Source: Candidatus Parcubacteria bacterium
GTDB taxonomy: Bacteria > Patescibacteriota > Minisyncoccia > Phycocordibacterales > PALSA-1337
Length of the DNA stretch: 64,000 nucleotides
Assembly: GCA_028286835.1 (NCBI GenBank)
Contig: JAQBQT010000027.1
Span: 14,442-78,441, forward strand
Reading direction: 5' to 3'
Shown here: piece by piece, positions 18,967 to 28,044 of the stretch
How the letters are laid out: every line of letters starts with the position of its first letter
How positions within the stretch are numbered: position 1 is the first letter of the stretch
Program-made: the position numbers and the translations under genes
The notes under the pieces: model-generated
Databases searched by the model: none
Seen by the model: the letters and a program-made list of their open reading frames with translations, nothing else
Told to the model about the DNA's origin: nothing

Positions 18967-19185
18967 ATGGAAGACCCAGTTAACGTTATCTTATGTTTCA
19001 TCGGTATCTTCGTGTGGCCCGGTATGACGCTTTGCTTCATCCTCTGGTCACTCGGACATCCGATTCTTGGAATTATAGCTCTCTTCTCAGTCGAAGCTAC
19101 GACCAAGATCCGGAAAGTCGTGAAGGAAAAATTCATTGACTCAAATACTGGACAGATTGTGAAAGAAACTGAAAGTGAAGAATGA
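18967..19185 (+). CDS. small membrane protein
   Basis: AGGAGG at 18951-18956 before ATG 18967; two hydrophobic segments; own promoter and terminator. Confidence 0.65.
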   Translation: MEDPVNVILCFIGIFVWPGMTLCFILWSLGHPILGIIALFSVEATTKIRKVVKEKFIDSNTGQIVKETESEE

Positions 19186-19200
19186 TTCCTAATTCAAGTC

Positions 19201-19236
19201 CAGACCCCACCGCTTCGGCGATGGGGTCTGTTTTTT
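19201..19236 (+). terminator. intrinsic terminator (between convergent genes)
   Basis: cagacccca-ccgc-ttcg-gcga-tggggtctg-tttttt. Confidence 0.8.
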
Positions 19237-20332
19237 AAATCTTAAATTCTATAACCTCCCCATCCTTCACGATGTATTCCTTGCCTTCGGTGCGGAGCAG
19301 GCCCTTCTCGCGTGCTGCAGCGTAGGAGCCAGCTTCCAAAAGCTCTTTCCAGCCTATGACTTCGGCACGCACGAATTTGTCCTTGAAATCGCCATGAATG
19401 GCAGTACCGGCCATCGGCGCAGTCCAGCCTCGCTCTATGGTCCAGCCGCGGGTCTCGTCTTCACCGGTCGTGAAATAGGTGATGAGTCCGAGCATCTCAT
19501 AGCTCGCGCGGATGAGATTGTCTATGCCATCGTCTTTGGCGCCCATGCCTTCGCGCATCTCCTTTTTCTCCACGTCGTTCATATCCTTGAGATCATGCTC
19601 GAAGCCGGCGTCCACCGCGACCCATGTCGCACCGCTCTCTTTCATGAATGCCATAAGCGCATTCCAGCGCTCGTCCTTGAGCTCGTCGAGATTCACACCG
19701 CCTGACTTTTTGTTCAGAACGTAAAGGATCTTCTTGGAAGTAAGAAGCTGCATCTGCTTCAGGAGCGGCGCTTCGTATTCATCGGCAGCCACTGTCGAGG
19801 CGAGCTTCCCTGCTTCAAGCGCAGTCTTCGCACGCTCCAGAACCCCGGCCTCTATCTTTGCTTCCTTCTTGCCGGCCTTCACTTCCTTGGCGAGGTTGCC
19901 AAGGCGCTTCGTGACCGTGTCCGTATCGGCGAGAATGAGCTCGAGATTGATGACCTCGATATCCTTGAGCGGATCGATCTTGTTATTGACGTGAATGATA
20001 TCCGCGTCCTCGAATATGCGCACGACTTCGGCGATCGCGTCGGTCTCGCGGATATTCGAAAGGAACTTGTTGCCGAGGCCTTCGCCGTCTGAGGCGCCTT
20101 TCACCAGGCCTGCAATGTCTACGAATTCGACTGCGGCAGGCACTGTCTTTGCTGACTTCGAGAATTCAGAGAGCTTCCAGAGGCGCGGGTCAGGAACGGC
20201 CACGACGCCGACCGACGGATCGATGGTTGCGAAGGGATAGTTGGCCACCAGCACGCTCTTTCTTGTGAGCGCGTTAAAGAGCGTGGACTTGCCCACGTTC
20301 GGGAGGCCGACGATGCCGATGGAGAGAGACAT
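19235..20332 (-). CDS. ychF: redox-regulated ATPase YchF
   Basis: GIVGLPNVGKSTLFNALT, NYPFATIDP, DIAGLVKGAS.GEGLGNKFL, EGKEYIVKDG. Confidence 0.98.
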   Translation of the reverse strand: MSLSIGIVGLPNVGKSTLFNALTRKSVLVANYPFATIDPSVGVVAVPDPRLWKLSEFSKSAKTVPAAVEFVDIAGLVKGASDGEGLGNKFLSNIRETDAIAEVVRIFEDADIIHVNNKIDPLKDIEVINLELILADTDTVTKRLGNLAKEVKAGKKEAKIEAGVLERAKTALEAGKLASTVAADEYEAPLLKQMQLLTSKKILYVLNKKSGGVNLDELKDERWNALMAFMKESGATWVAVDAGFEHDLKDMNDVEKKEMREGMGAKDDGIDNLIRASYEMLGLITYFTTGEDETRGWTIERGWTAPMAGTAIHGDFKDKFVRAEVIGWKELLEAGSYAAAREKGLLRTEGKEYIVKDGEVIEFKI

Positions 20333-20385
20333 GCGAATCAGAGTACAGGAAAATCCCGGTAATCACAAATCTGGCCACTATCCTA

Positions 20386-20414
20386 TTGACATTTAACTCA
20401 ATATGGTGTATAAA
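20386..20414 (+). promoter_or_regulatory. sigma70-type promoter
   Basis: TTGACA-N17-TATAAA. Confidence 0.6.
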
Positions 20415-20466
20415 GCTCAGCAGCCAGTAAACCTATAAACCGATAGCTCTTGCAAAACCAATACAA

Positions 20467-20787
20467 ATGAATATTCTGATCGCCAGTCCCGATGCCGTCT
20501 TTCGCAACAACGCTTACCGAACGTTCAGGGACACAGATAATGAGGTGTCTCTAATGTGCAGGATGTCTGAAGCTCTGAAAATGCTTTCAGTGCAAAGAGA
20601 AGAATATGACGTAGTCGTCTTAGACATACGCGAGCCGATCACGCAGCCGTATGAGTTTCTTTTCCTGTACGTTTTTGACGGCCGCGTTACGAATCCTCGG
20701 CTCGTGCTTATCGAGCCCCGGAATGTATTCTCAATGGAAATGCTCAGAAAATCAGTGCTGCAGCCTGATCAGCTGGTTCCAGCATAA
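20467..20787 (+). CDS. degenerate receiver (REC)-like domain protein
   Basis: MNILIA...EAL..L....YDVVVLDI pattern; acidic pocket after beta1 not conserved; promoter and terminator flank it. Confidence 0.55.
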   Translation: MNILIASPDAVFRNNAYRTFRDTDNEVSLMCRMSEALKMLSVQREEYDVVVLDIREPITQPYEFLFLYVFDGRVTNPRLVLIEPRNVFSMEMLRKSVLQPDQLVPA

Positions 20788-20845
20788 TAATTCTGAGTCT
20801 TTAATCACAGCCGCCCCTCAAGGTCGGCTTTTTTGTTGCCTCTTA

Positions 20846-22294
20846 TTACAGCACTTCCCTGGCGCCTTTCTCGTATCGCGTGAGCGGCACGTTCTTCCAG
20901 GATTTGATGACGGCTTCGATGAATTTCCATGAAGCCATGATCTCCTCGGTCGAGGCAAACAATGTCTGATCTCCTACGAATGCGTCATGAATGAGCCGTT
21001 CATAATCGTTCGGCATGATGACCCAGCCCGGAGTCGCCTGCTCGGAATATTTGAACTTGAGGGTCTTCGGCTCCACATTGAATTCAAGCCCCGGCGTCTT
21101 CACAAAGAATTTTATCTTGATGCCCTCGTCAGGCTGAATGCGGAACGTAAGGATGTTCTGGCTTTCTTCTGCTCGTGCTGGATCGGCTGAGGATGTTGGC
21201 GCCTTCTTGTCGCTCTTGAAATAGACATCGATCTCGGTTTTTGATTCCGACAAAGCCTTGCCGCTCTCGAGGTAGAACGGGACGCCCTTCCATCGCTTTG
21301 AATTGACGAGTGATTTGATGCGGAAATATGTTTCGGTCTGCGAATCCTTTGGTACGTTCTCTTCGTTCGTGTAACCGATGTATTGGCCGCGGATCGTGCA
21401 TTCCTTCAGGCTCTTGCCCGAAGCGGCCTTGAGCTTGCCCAGCACCGCAGCACGCTCCTTGCGGATGGCTTCGGCCACGAATGATTTTGGTTTGTCCATG
21501 CAGACAGTAGCGAGCATCATGAGAACATGGTTCTGCCCCACGTCCTTCAGTGCGCCGATCGGATCATATGAATCCCCTCGGCCGCTGATGTCGCCCTGTT
21601 CGAATATCTTGACGTGCACCTTGTCGATGAATTCGCGGCGCCAGATCGGCTCGAAGAGCGAATTGCTGAAGCGGAACGCGATGATGTTCTGCAGTGATTC
21701 CTTGGCGAGATAATGATCGATGCGGAAAATCTGCTTCTCCTTGAAGAGCTTTGCTAAGAGCTTGTCGAGAGACTGCGCGGTGTCGAGGTCGCGGCCGAAC
21801 GGCTTCTCGATGAGGACACGCGTCCACCCTGTGTCATCAGCGCACGGCTCTGTCAATCCGGATGCAGCGAGGTTGTTCAAAATGCCTTCGTAGAGGGATG
21901 GGGGCACCGAGAGATGAAAAAGCTTGTTCGAGCACTGGCCCCATCTGCGATCTATGTCTGTAATGCGCTCGGAAAGCCTCACGTATCCCGCCCGGTCGCC
22001 AAATATTCCCTGCTCATATGACATATGATCGAGAAAGTGCTTGATGTCCTCTTCCTTGAATTGGCCGGGCTTCACATTCATGTGCGTGCGGATGAGCTCG
22101 CGGAATTCCTCGCGGGAGAATGGGCGGCGGGAAAATCCGATGATGGCGAAGCGCTGAGGGAGCATCTTCTTGGCATACAGGCTTAGGAGGGCCGGAATGA
22201 GCTTGCGCGCGGCAAGGTCTCCGGTGATGCCGAAGATGACGAAGATAGTCGGATGAAGCGCCGCTCTGGCGGCTTGGGATTGGTTCTCTTCCAT
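20846..22294 (-). CDS. zwf: glucose-6-phosphate 1-dehydrogenase
   Basis: IFGITGDLAARKL, IEKPFG, RIDHYLAKE, DVGQNH, WKGVPFYL. Confidence 0.97.
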   Translation of the reverse strand: MEENQSQAARAALHPTIFVIFGITGDLAARKLIPALLSLYAKKMLPQRFAIIGFSRRPFSREEFRELIRTHMNVKPGQFKEEDIKHFLDHMSYEQGIFGDRAGYVRLSERITDIDRRWGQCSNKLFHLSVPPSLYEGILNNLAASGLTEPCADDTGWTRVLIEKPFGRDLDTAQSLDKLLAKLFKEKQIFRIDHYLAKESLQNIIAFRFSNSLFEPIWRREFIDKVHVKIFEQGDISGRGDSYDPIGALKDVGQNHVLMMLATVCMDKPKSFVAEAIRKERAAVLGKLKAASGKSLKECTIRGQYIGYTNEENVPKDSQTETYFRIKSLVNSKRWKGVPFYLESGKALSESKTEIDVYFKSDKKAPTSSADPARAEESQNILTFRIQPDEGIKIKFFVKTPGLEFNVEPKTLKFKYSEQATPGWVIMPNDYERLIHDAFVGDQTLFASTEEIMASWKFIEAVIKSWKNVPLTRYEKGAREVL

Positions 22295-22350
22295 GGGCGG
22301 TATTGTACTATTCGGCGGCCGAATTTACTAATCTAGGGATCTAAAAAGGC

Positions 22351-22542
22351 CTAAAAATCTTCGCCCCACTCGACCCACCACGGATAGACAGTGCTTGCGA
22401 CCCAGACGCACGGCAGGATCACGACCGAGAGAAGCGCCCAGGTGATGAATTTCAGGATGGTCGGGATGACCGAAAGGATGGCGGTGACCATTTCCCAGAT
22501 AAGATCGAATATTTCCCCTATTGCGTGTTCGAATTGCTCCAT
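22351..22542 (-). CDS. small membrane protein
   Basis: Hydrophobic 63-aa ORF with TGGTATCAT -10-like box just upstream of the ATG. Confidence 0.55.
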   Translation of the reverse strand: MEQFEHAIGEIFDLIWEMVTAILSVIPTILKFITWALLSVVILPCVWVASTVYPWWVEWGEDF

Positions 22543-22566
22543 ATGCGGATATGATACCACGGTTTG

Positions 22567-22640
22567 TGCACCCTGCAGGGCTCGAACCTGCGACCTCGCC
22601 CGTGTGAAGGGCGCGCTCTAGCCAACTGAGCTAAGGGTGC
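22567..22640 (-). tRNA. tRNA-Val(CAC)
   Basis: GCACCCTTAGCTCAGTTGG...TTCACAC...GGTTCGAGCCC...GGGTGCA cloverleaf. Confidence 0.95.
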
Positions 22641-22729
22641 GGTGAAAACAGCTTACGGCATTTTTGAATATTCCTCAAATCATGCTAGATTGTAGTGCGT
22701 CCGAATAGCGAGGATCGCGATCAGCTTTC

Positions 22730-22802
22730 GGGCCATTAGCTCATCTGGTAGAGCGCACCCATGGCATGGGTGAGGTGGCCGGTTCGAGTCCGGCATGGTC
22801 CA
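22730..22802 (+). tRNA. tRNA-Ala(GGC)
   Basis: CACCC-ATGGCAT-GGGTG anticodon arm, G3:U70, GTTCGAGTC T-loop. Confidence 0.95.
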
Positions 22803-22864
22803 CACATAGAATGGGAAAGTTCCTCTGGCGAATCAGGACTGGAATGTGGTATCGTAGCTCACAT

Positions 22865-22935
22865 CGGGGCGTAGTATAGTGGTAGTATACACGCTTCGGG
22901 TGCGTGAGGTCCGAGTCCGATTCTCGGCGCCCCGA
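22865..22935 (+). tRNA. tRNA-Pro(CGG)
   Basis: CGGGGCG/CGCCCCG acceptor, CACGC-TTCGGGT-GCGTG; T-loop variant TCCGATT. Confidence 0.9.
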
Positions 22936-22976
22936 CATGAATTTATTCCGCCGATGTGCACTCGATGGCGGAGCCA

Positions 22977-23047
22977 GGGCCTATGGTCTAGTGGCATGAC
23001 GTGGCATTCGCATTGCCAAGACCCGAGTTCGATTCTCGGTAGGTCCA
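22977..23047 (+). tRNA. tRNA-Ala(CGC)
   Basis: TGGCA-TTCGCAT-TGCCA anticodon arm, G3:U70. Confidence 0.93.
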
Positions 23048-23076
23048 CAAAAATAACGACCAAGGGTCGTATATTT

Positions 23077-23115
23077 TTGTAGGATGTCTGGATCGTTTAC
23101 GATCCAGACGCCACA
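23077..23115. repeat. 39-nt hairpin repeat, copy 1 (after tRNA-Ala-CGC)
   Basis: ttgtaggatgtctggatcgtttacgatccagacgccaca; 38/39 identical to 24328-24366. Confidence 0.9.
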
Positions 23116-23130
23116 AAGATAGATCGTATA

Positions 23131-23162
23131 AATAAAAAGCCGCCCATTTGCATGAGCGGCTT
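23131..23162 (-). terminator. intrinsic terminator of the PEP-CTERM gene
   Basis: aagccgcccat/atgagcggctt stem with an A-run. Confidence 0.65.
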
Positions 23163-23183
23163 GAGGTTGAAGCTGTACTGAAA

Positions 23184-24047
23184 CTAACAACTGACTGCGA
23201 CCAACGCTGGCTGCCGGTTGGAACGGATCCTTCTGATAACTACGAAGCCCATAAGGCTGATCGCAGCTAAAAGACCGTACGTCGCCGGCTCGGGAACTGC
23301 GGAGAAACCTCGTGCCTCTCCTGCCCCAGTGACATTCCTAACGTACACTGTATTTTCAAAGCCTTGGTTTTTGATTTCAAGGCTGATCGAAGTGACGTCT
23401 GGAACTTGGGCATCGCTGATGGTATCGATAGTGACTCCGTCTTTTACGAAGGAAACGCCGACACCTTGCTTGTACTTGATCTGCCAATCCGACCAGATGC
23501 TTTGCGGTTCGACATCTTCGGGCCGCGGATTCATGTACGATAGCGAGCCGTGCTCTACTCCGTTTACTTCCATTGTCCATAGCATCTTCTGTGGATCAAT
23601 AGAGGTTCCATTGTGAAGGATGAGCTTCACGCTGTTGCCATCGGCAGTTTGCACCCACATTTCTGCGTCATACGCAATTGGAACAAGATTATTCCCGAAA
23701 GAGACCTTGTCCACGAACATGTTGGTTGGAACGCCGATGCCTGCACCGACGATCCAATCCCCTTTCAGATCCACCAGCTTTGTCCCGCCTTGAAAGTTGG
23801 ACAATTGATTCTGCGGCTGATCCGGGGGAAAGTAATCCCGAGGAAGAGCCTGAAGCTTGAGCATGTTGGTGAGGCCGCCGGTGCTTGGGTCGGGTACTGC
23901 AGCGAACGTAGCAGCAGGACTCACATTCGGAGTCCAGCCGTCGGTATTATCGAATTTGTCCAGGAAGTACCCGTTTGAGGGACCCTGAGCAAACGTTGAA
24001 CTGACAAAGCTGATCGCAAGGATCAGCGAGACTAGTAGTTTATTCAT
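23184..24047 (-). CDS. PEP-CTERM sorting-domain surface protein
   Basis: Signal peptide; C-terminal AVPEPATYGLLAAISLMGFVVIRRIR (PEP, TM helix, basic cluster). Confidence 0.9.
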   Translation of the reverse strand: MNKLLVSLILAISFVSSTFAQGPSNGYFLDKFDNTDGWTPNVSPAATFAAVPDPSTGGLTNMLKLQALPRDYFPPDQPQNQLSNFQGGTKLVDLKGDWIVGAGIGVPTNMFVDKVSFGNNLVPIAYDAEMWVQTADGNSVKLILHNGTSIDPQKMLWTMEVNGVEHGSLSYMNPRPEDVEPQSIWSDWQIKYKQGVGVSFVKDGVTIDTISDAQVPDVTSISLEIKNQGFENTVYVRNVTGAGEARGFSAVPEPATYGLLAAISLMGFVVIRRIRSNRQPALVAVSC

Positions 24048-24225
24048 ATGTTAACGAGCTAAGTGTGAAAGGCTGAGTAGTTTGGAAAGCCAAATTCTTC
24101 TGCCTTGAGTGAGTTATCTGCCATTGAGCATCATATCACAACAAACCATAAAAAGCAAGATACATTGAAAAAACGGCTATAATCATGTATTCTCTCTCAG
24201 TAGCATGTTTTTTCGTCCCTCGTTT

Positions 24226-24298
24226 GGGCCTGTAGCTCATCTGGTAGAGCGCCGCTTTTGCAAAGCGGAGGCACGCGGTTCGAGTCCGCGCAGGTCCA
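24226..24298 (+). tRNA. tRNA-Ala(TGC)
   Basis: CCGCT-TTTGCAA-AGCGG anticodon arm, G3:U70, GGTTCGAGTCC. Confidence 0.95.
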
Positions 24299-24327
24299 CA
24301 AAATCAAGGAGCGTAACGACTATAATC

Positions 24328-24366
24328 TTGTAGGATGTCTGGATCGTTTACAATCCAGACGCCACA
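24328..24366. repeat. 39-nt hairpin repeat, copy 2 (after tRNA-Ala-TGC)
   Basis: ttgtaggatgtctggatcgtttacaatccagacgccaca. Confidence 0.9.
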
Positions 24367-24434
24367 GATACATACATATATCTAAATAAAAAACGCAGCC
24401 TTTAGGGGCTGCGTCGTGTTTGTGAGCACATAGT

Positions 24435-24632
24435 TCAGGAAGGCCTGGGAGATGCTGAATCCAGGGACTGCTTGAGAATGTTGTTATGCACCACATCGAG
24501 CACTTTGCTCGGAGGCGGGAACATGACTCGCTCATGCTTCTCGTTCTTTACAACGGGAAGCTCTTGCTTGGCCTCAGATGTCTGCCCCATGGGCGCGGCA
24601 TCCGAAGCCTTGCCTTTTGGTTTTCCTTTCAT
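24435..24632 (-). CDS. small hypothetical protein
   Basis: ATG 24632 (MKGKPKG...); terminator at 24385-24414; TTGACA/TATGAT-like promoter near 24790-24818; ORF track extends to 24806. Confidence 0.35.
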   Translation of the reverse strand: MKGKPKGKASDAAPMGQTSEAKQELPVVKNEKHERVMFPPPSKVLDVVHNNILKQSLDSASPRPS

Positions 24633-24836
24633 AAATGACAGGACTGGGATGAGGGCGCTGAGAGCCAGTGCGAGGAAGCAGGTGACGGCTCCGGCAAGTT
24701 TTGGAATGTACTTCTGTTCTTTTTTCAAGTGCGTACGGTGTTTGTAGTTTTTGTGCTTCGATCCCAACCGCGGGACCGACCTGGAAACATCATACCATCT
24801 TACCACTTAACTTGTCAAGTTAAGTAAAACGTTGTC

Positions 24837-25826
24837 CTATATTTCGCACAGTGCGAGCCGTATGAGATGGTCCGCAAACTCGGGAAGCCCGCTGCCGACG
24901 GCGTGGAGCGACTTCGGAACAAGCGACTCCTCGGTCAGCCCGGGAAGCGTATTGGTCTCGAGGACGTAGATCCCCCTGCGCGGATGGATGATAAAATCTG
25001 TGCGCGAATAATGGCGCAGCCCGAGGACTGTGTGGACCTTAGCAGCGAGGACCTCGATGGATTTCTTTAGCTCCTGCGAAAATGTAGCTGGTACGATCTC
25101 CTCTGACTCCCCTTCGTATTTCGCCTTGAAGTCAAAGAAGGAATTTTTCGGGCGTATCTCGACAGGAGGCAAGGCATACAGATCCTGTCCACGGAAATTC
25201 TCGATAATGCCGCAGGTGGATTCGATACCTGAGATGAATTCCTCGACAAGGATAGAATGCCCATGAAGAGCTGCCTCCCGGAGGGCTGGTTCGATGTCGG
25301 CATGCTTCCTCACGATAGAAACGCCCACTGATGAGCCGCTCACGGCAGGCTTGATGACCGCGGGCAGGACGAATGTCTCGAATAATTCTTGAGCGGTGGC
25401 CGCAGCCTTCTCTCCCTGCACGTCCTCGGACAAGACCTCCTTCCAGTACGGCGACTTGATGCCGTGCTTCGCAAGAACCTGCTTGGTCAGGATCTTATTC
25501 ATGCCCAATGCGGACGCGAGCGAGTCCGAGCCGGTGAATGGGATGCCGTGCGCCTCGAGGATGGATTGCAGCTTGCCGTCTTCCCCGTACGCGCCATGAA
25601 GCGCGTTGAAAGCGACGTCGAATCTGACGCGCGCGTCTTCGGGATCTATCCGTATGCCGTCAGCATGCCATTCCCCTGCGCGATCTATGAGGACGTCATG
25701 GATGCGATAGCGTTCGTCGGCGCGCGATCGGAGTGCGGCGAGGATGGCACCGCCGCTTTTGAGCGATACGTCGTATTCGGAGCTCGGCCCTCCGCGAAGG
25801 ACCCCGACCCGTATGAGATGGGACAT
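24837..25826 (-). CDS. ddl: D-alanine--D-alanine ligase
   Basis: GGPSSEYDVSLKSG, LHGAYGEDG, KPAVSGSSVG, LETNTLPG. Confidence 0.96.
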   Translation of the reverse strand: MSHLIRVGVLRGGPSSEYDVSLKSGGAILAALRSRADERYRIHDVLIDRAGEWHADGIRIDPEDARVRFDVAFNALHGAYGEDGKLQSILEAHGIPFTGSDSLASALGMNKILTKQVLAKHGIKSPYWKEVLSEDVQGEKAAATAQELFETFVLPAVIKPAVSGSSVGVSIVRKHADIEPALREAALHGHSILVEEFISGIESTCGIIENFRGQDLYALPPVEIRPKNSFFDFKAKYEGESEEIVPATFSQELKKSIEVLAAKVHTVLGLRHYSRTDFIIHPRRGIYVLETNTLPGLTEESLVPKSLHAVGSGLPEFADHLIRLALCEI

Positions 25827-25909
25827 GTAGATATTATAACAAGAAAGTACGGATTGATGGTATCTCCTTGTTGCATTGTATTTTAGCCTGGAGTAGTCTT
25901 TTGCCAGAC

Positions 25910-26665
25910 ATGAAAACTACATATAAAGGACTCAGGGCCCTTACTCCAGCTGAGCGACTCATAGTTTCGGCTGATTTCTCACCACATACAACAACTCAGG
26001 AAATTAGAGGCGAGGTTCTTAAACTGGCCGATCTTCTTTCTAACACCGGAGTGTGTATTAAAATAAATTCCGCGCTGAGATCCTGCGGCTATAGTCTTAT
26101 TAGTGAAATCAAAGCTCGGAACCTTAGGGTCTTTGCGGATTTGAAGCTTTATGACATTGGAACTACGCTAATCGCAGACGCAAACTTCCTTCAAGACATG
26201 GAACCAGACATGCTTACGATTTCCGCTCACGTAAATATGACGTGGCTCGTGCCAATGTTAAAGATAGAACTGCCTCGTACTGAAATACTTGGAGTGACAG
26301 TTTTGACAGAAACAACCCACCGGGAATGCTTCAGTATTTACAATCGGTCTGTTGATATGGCCGTTGCGGCTCTGGCCCGGCGAGCTTCAGAGGGAGGCCT
26401 ACATGGAATCGTCTGTTCCCCCATGGAGGCTTCCAGGGCGAGGAGTTATATTAAAAAATCAATGAGCATTAATACTCCTGCAGTGCGTCCGCTCTGGTCC
26501 ACATTGAAGGATGACAATCAGAATTCTCGACGTATTGATACTCCTCAGGGAGCTATTCAAAAAGGAGCAAACAGGATTATTGTAGGTCGCCCTATCATTG
26601 AGTCCGTCGATCGTTATGGCGCCGTAATGCGCACTATCGACGAAATAGCTTCAGCCCTGTCTTAG
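25910..26665 (+). CDS. pyrF: orotidine-5'-phosphate decarboxylase (divergent)
   Basis: FADLKLYDIGTT (DxKxxDIxxT), GVTVLT, GIVCSP.E, IIVGRPI; ATG at 25910 preferred over TTG 25868. Confidence 0.85.
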   Translation: MKTTYKGLRALTPAERLIVSADFSPHTTTQEIRGEVLKLADLLSNTGVCIKINSALRSCGYSLISEIKARNLRVFADLKLYDIGTTLIADANFLQDMEPDMLTISAHVNMTWLVPMLKIELPRTEILGVTVLTETTHRECFSIYNRSVDMAVAALARRASEGGLHGIVCSPMEASRARSYIKKSMSINTPAVRPLWSTLKDDNQNSRRIDTPQGAIQKGANRIIVGRPIIESVDRYGAVMRTIDEIASALS

Positions 26666-26727
26666 GCCCTAAAGCAAACTAGTGCAACCCCTCCCTGTAT
26701 TGGTGAGGGGATTTTTGTTTAAACAAA

Positions 26728-27966
26728 TCAAGAGAGAAGTCGCTTATTCCTTCTTTGTCTATGATACGCAATTGCAAACCTGTGCGCCTCCGCATTGAGC
26801 GCGATGATCTCAGCTTTGTATGGTTCGGTCAGATCTGGATTGCCGACGAGCCTGTCTGCAACGTGCCGCTCATTCTTGGTCACGCCGACGACGGGGATCG
26901 CGATGCGCCGCGCCTTGAGCACATTCTCGGCATGCTTTGCCTGGGTCTCGTTACCGTCGACTATGATGAGGTCTGGGTAGGGCCACTCAGGATGGTTGAG
27001 CCGGCGGAACAGTGTCTCGGTCAGGCCAGCGATGTCGTTGTTGGCATTGCGGGAGATCTTGAACTTGCGGTATTCCGCCGGTGCGAGCTGGCCATTCGTG
27101 GAGACGACCATGGCTCCCACGGTCTCCATGCCGCTCAGATGCGCAATGTCATATGCCTCCATTCGGAATGCGCGGCTGGCTCCGAACTTTCCGCTTTGGG
27201 AGATGTCCCGCTTGATGAGGGCCATGTCATTGATATGGTCGAGCGCGTGCAGGAGGTAGCGGATCTGCCCCGCTTCCTCGAACTGGAGCTCTTTTGCTGC
27301 TGCGTTCATCTGCTTCTCGAGTCTGCGGCGCAGGATCTTCTTCTTGCCCTCGAAGAACAGGATCAGATAGTTGATCGTGCGAAGGTACCGCTTTCGTGCA
27401 TCCTCGTCCGTGTCATGCGGCGAGTGGCCTATGGCGCGATAGAAAGCATCGTGGCGTTCGTCGAGGGATTTCTTGTCCCTGAATGGAAAGAGGCGGCGCA
27501 GGATCTTGAGGGCGACTTTGATGAGCCCTGATTCATGGTATGGGCCGAAGCGGCGCTTGATCTTGTATGGAGCTGTGCCCTCCTTCAGGGCCTGATCGAG
27601 ATCGCGGGCGCGGGCGAGGAATACGCGCGGCCACGGCTCGGCGGTGATGACGACGTACTGCGCGCTCTTGTCGTCCCGCTCGTCGACGTTATAGAAAGGC
27701 TGGTATCGCTTGATGAGCTCGGTCTCGAGGAGGATGGCTTCGAGGACGGAACCGGTGGGCTCCCAGGTGACCGTGTGCGCCTTCGTGACCATGTCCACGA
27801 TGCGCGGCCCGCGGGTCGCGATGAGGTCTGCGGCAAAATAGCTCCGGACGCGGTCCTTGAGCGATGTAGCCCGACCAATATACATGGGGCGCTTCTTGGC
27901 GTCCCTGAATGTGTACACGCCCGGCTCGTCAGGCATATTGAGTTTTGGGAGCTTTGTGGAGAGCAT
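26728..27966 (-). CDS. uvrC: excinuclease ABC subunit C (short, no C-terminal HhH)
   Basis: PGVYTF..MYIGRA..L.DRVRSYF GIY-YIG, UVR domain, EAYDIAHLSG, PDLIIVDG, EAHRFAI. Confidence 0.92.
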   Translation of the reverse strand: MLSTKLPKLNMPDEPGVYTFRDAKKRPMYIGRATSLKDRVRSYFAADLIATRGPRIVDMVTKAHTVTWEPTGSVLEAILLETELIKRYQPFYNVDERDDKSAQYVVITAEPWPRVFLARARDLDQALKEGTAPYKIKRRFGPYHESGLIKVALKILRRLFPFRDKKSLDERHDAFYRAIGHSPHDTDEDARKRYLRTINYLILFFEGKKKILRRRLEKQMNAAAKELQFEEAGQIRYLLHALDHINDMALIKRDISQSGKFGASRAFRMEAYDIAHLSGMETVGAMVVSTNGQLAPAEYRKFKISRNANNDIAGLTETLFRRLNHPEWPYPDLIIVDGNETQAKHAENVLKARRIAIPVVGVTKNERHVADRLVGNPDLTEPYKAEIIALNAEAHRFAIAYHRQRRNKRLLS

Positions 27967-28044
27967 AATATATTGACTTATAGCTAATAATAATACATAG
28001 TTCTTGTCAGAAATACAATTTAAATTGATTTTTTAAAATTTAAT

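Noticed and set aside
23077-24366. 39-nt palindromic repeat pair as a CRISPR array or integron attC sites
   Set aside because: Only two copies 1.25 kb apart, no spacer periodicity, no cas or intI gene, and no RYYYAAC/GTTRRRY ends.
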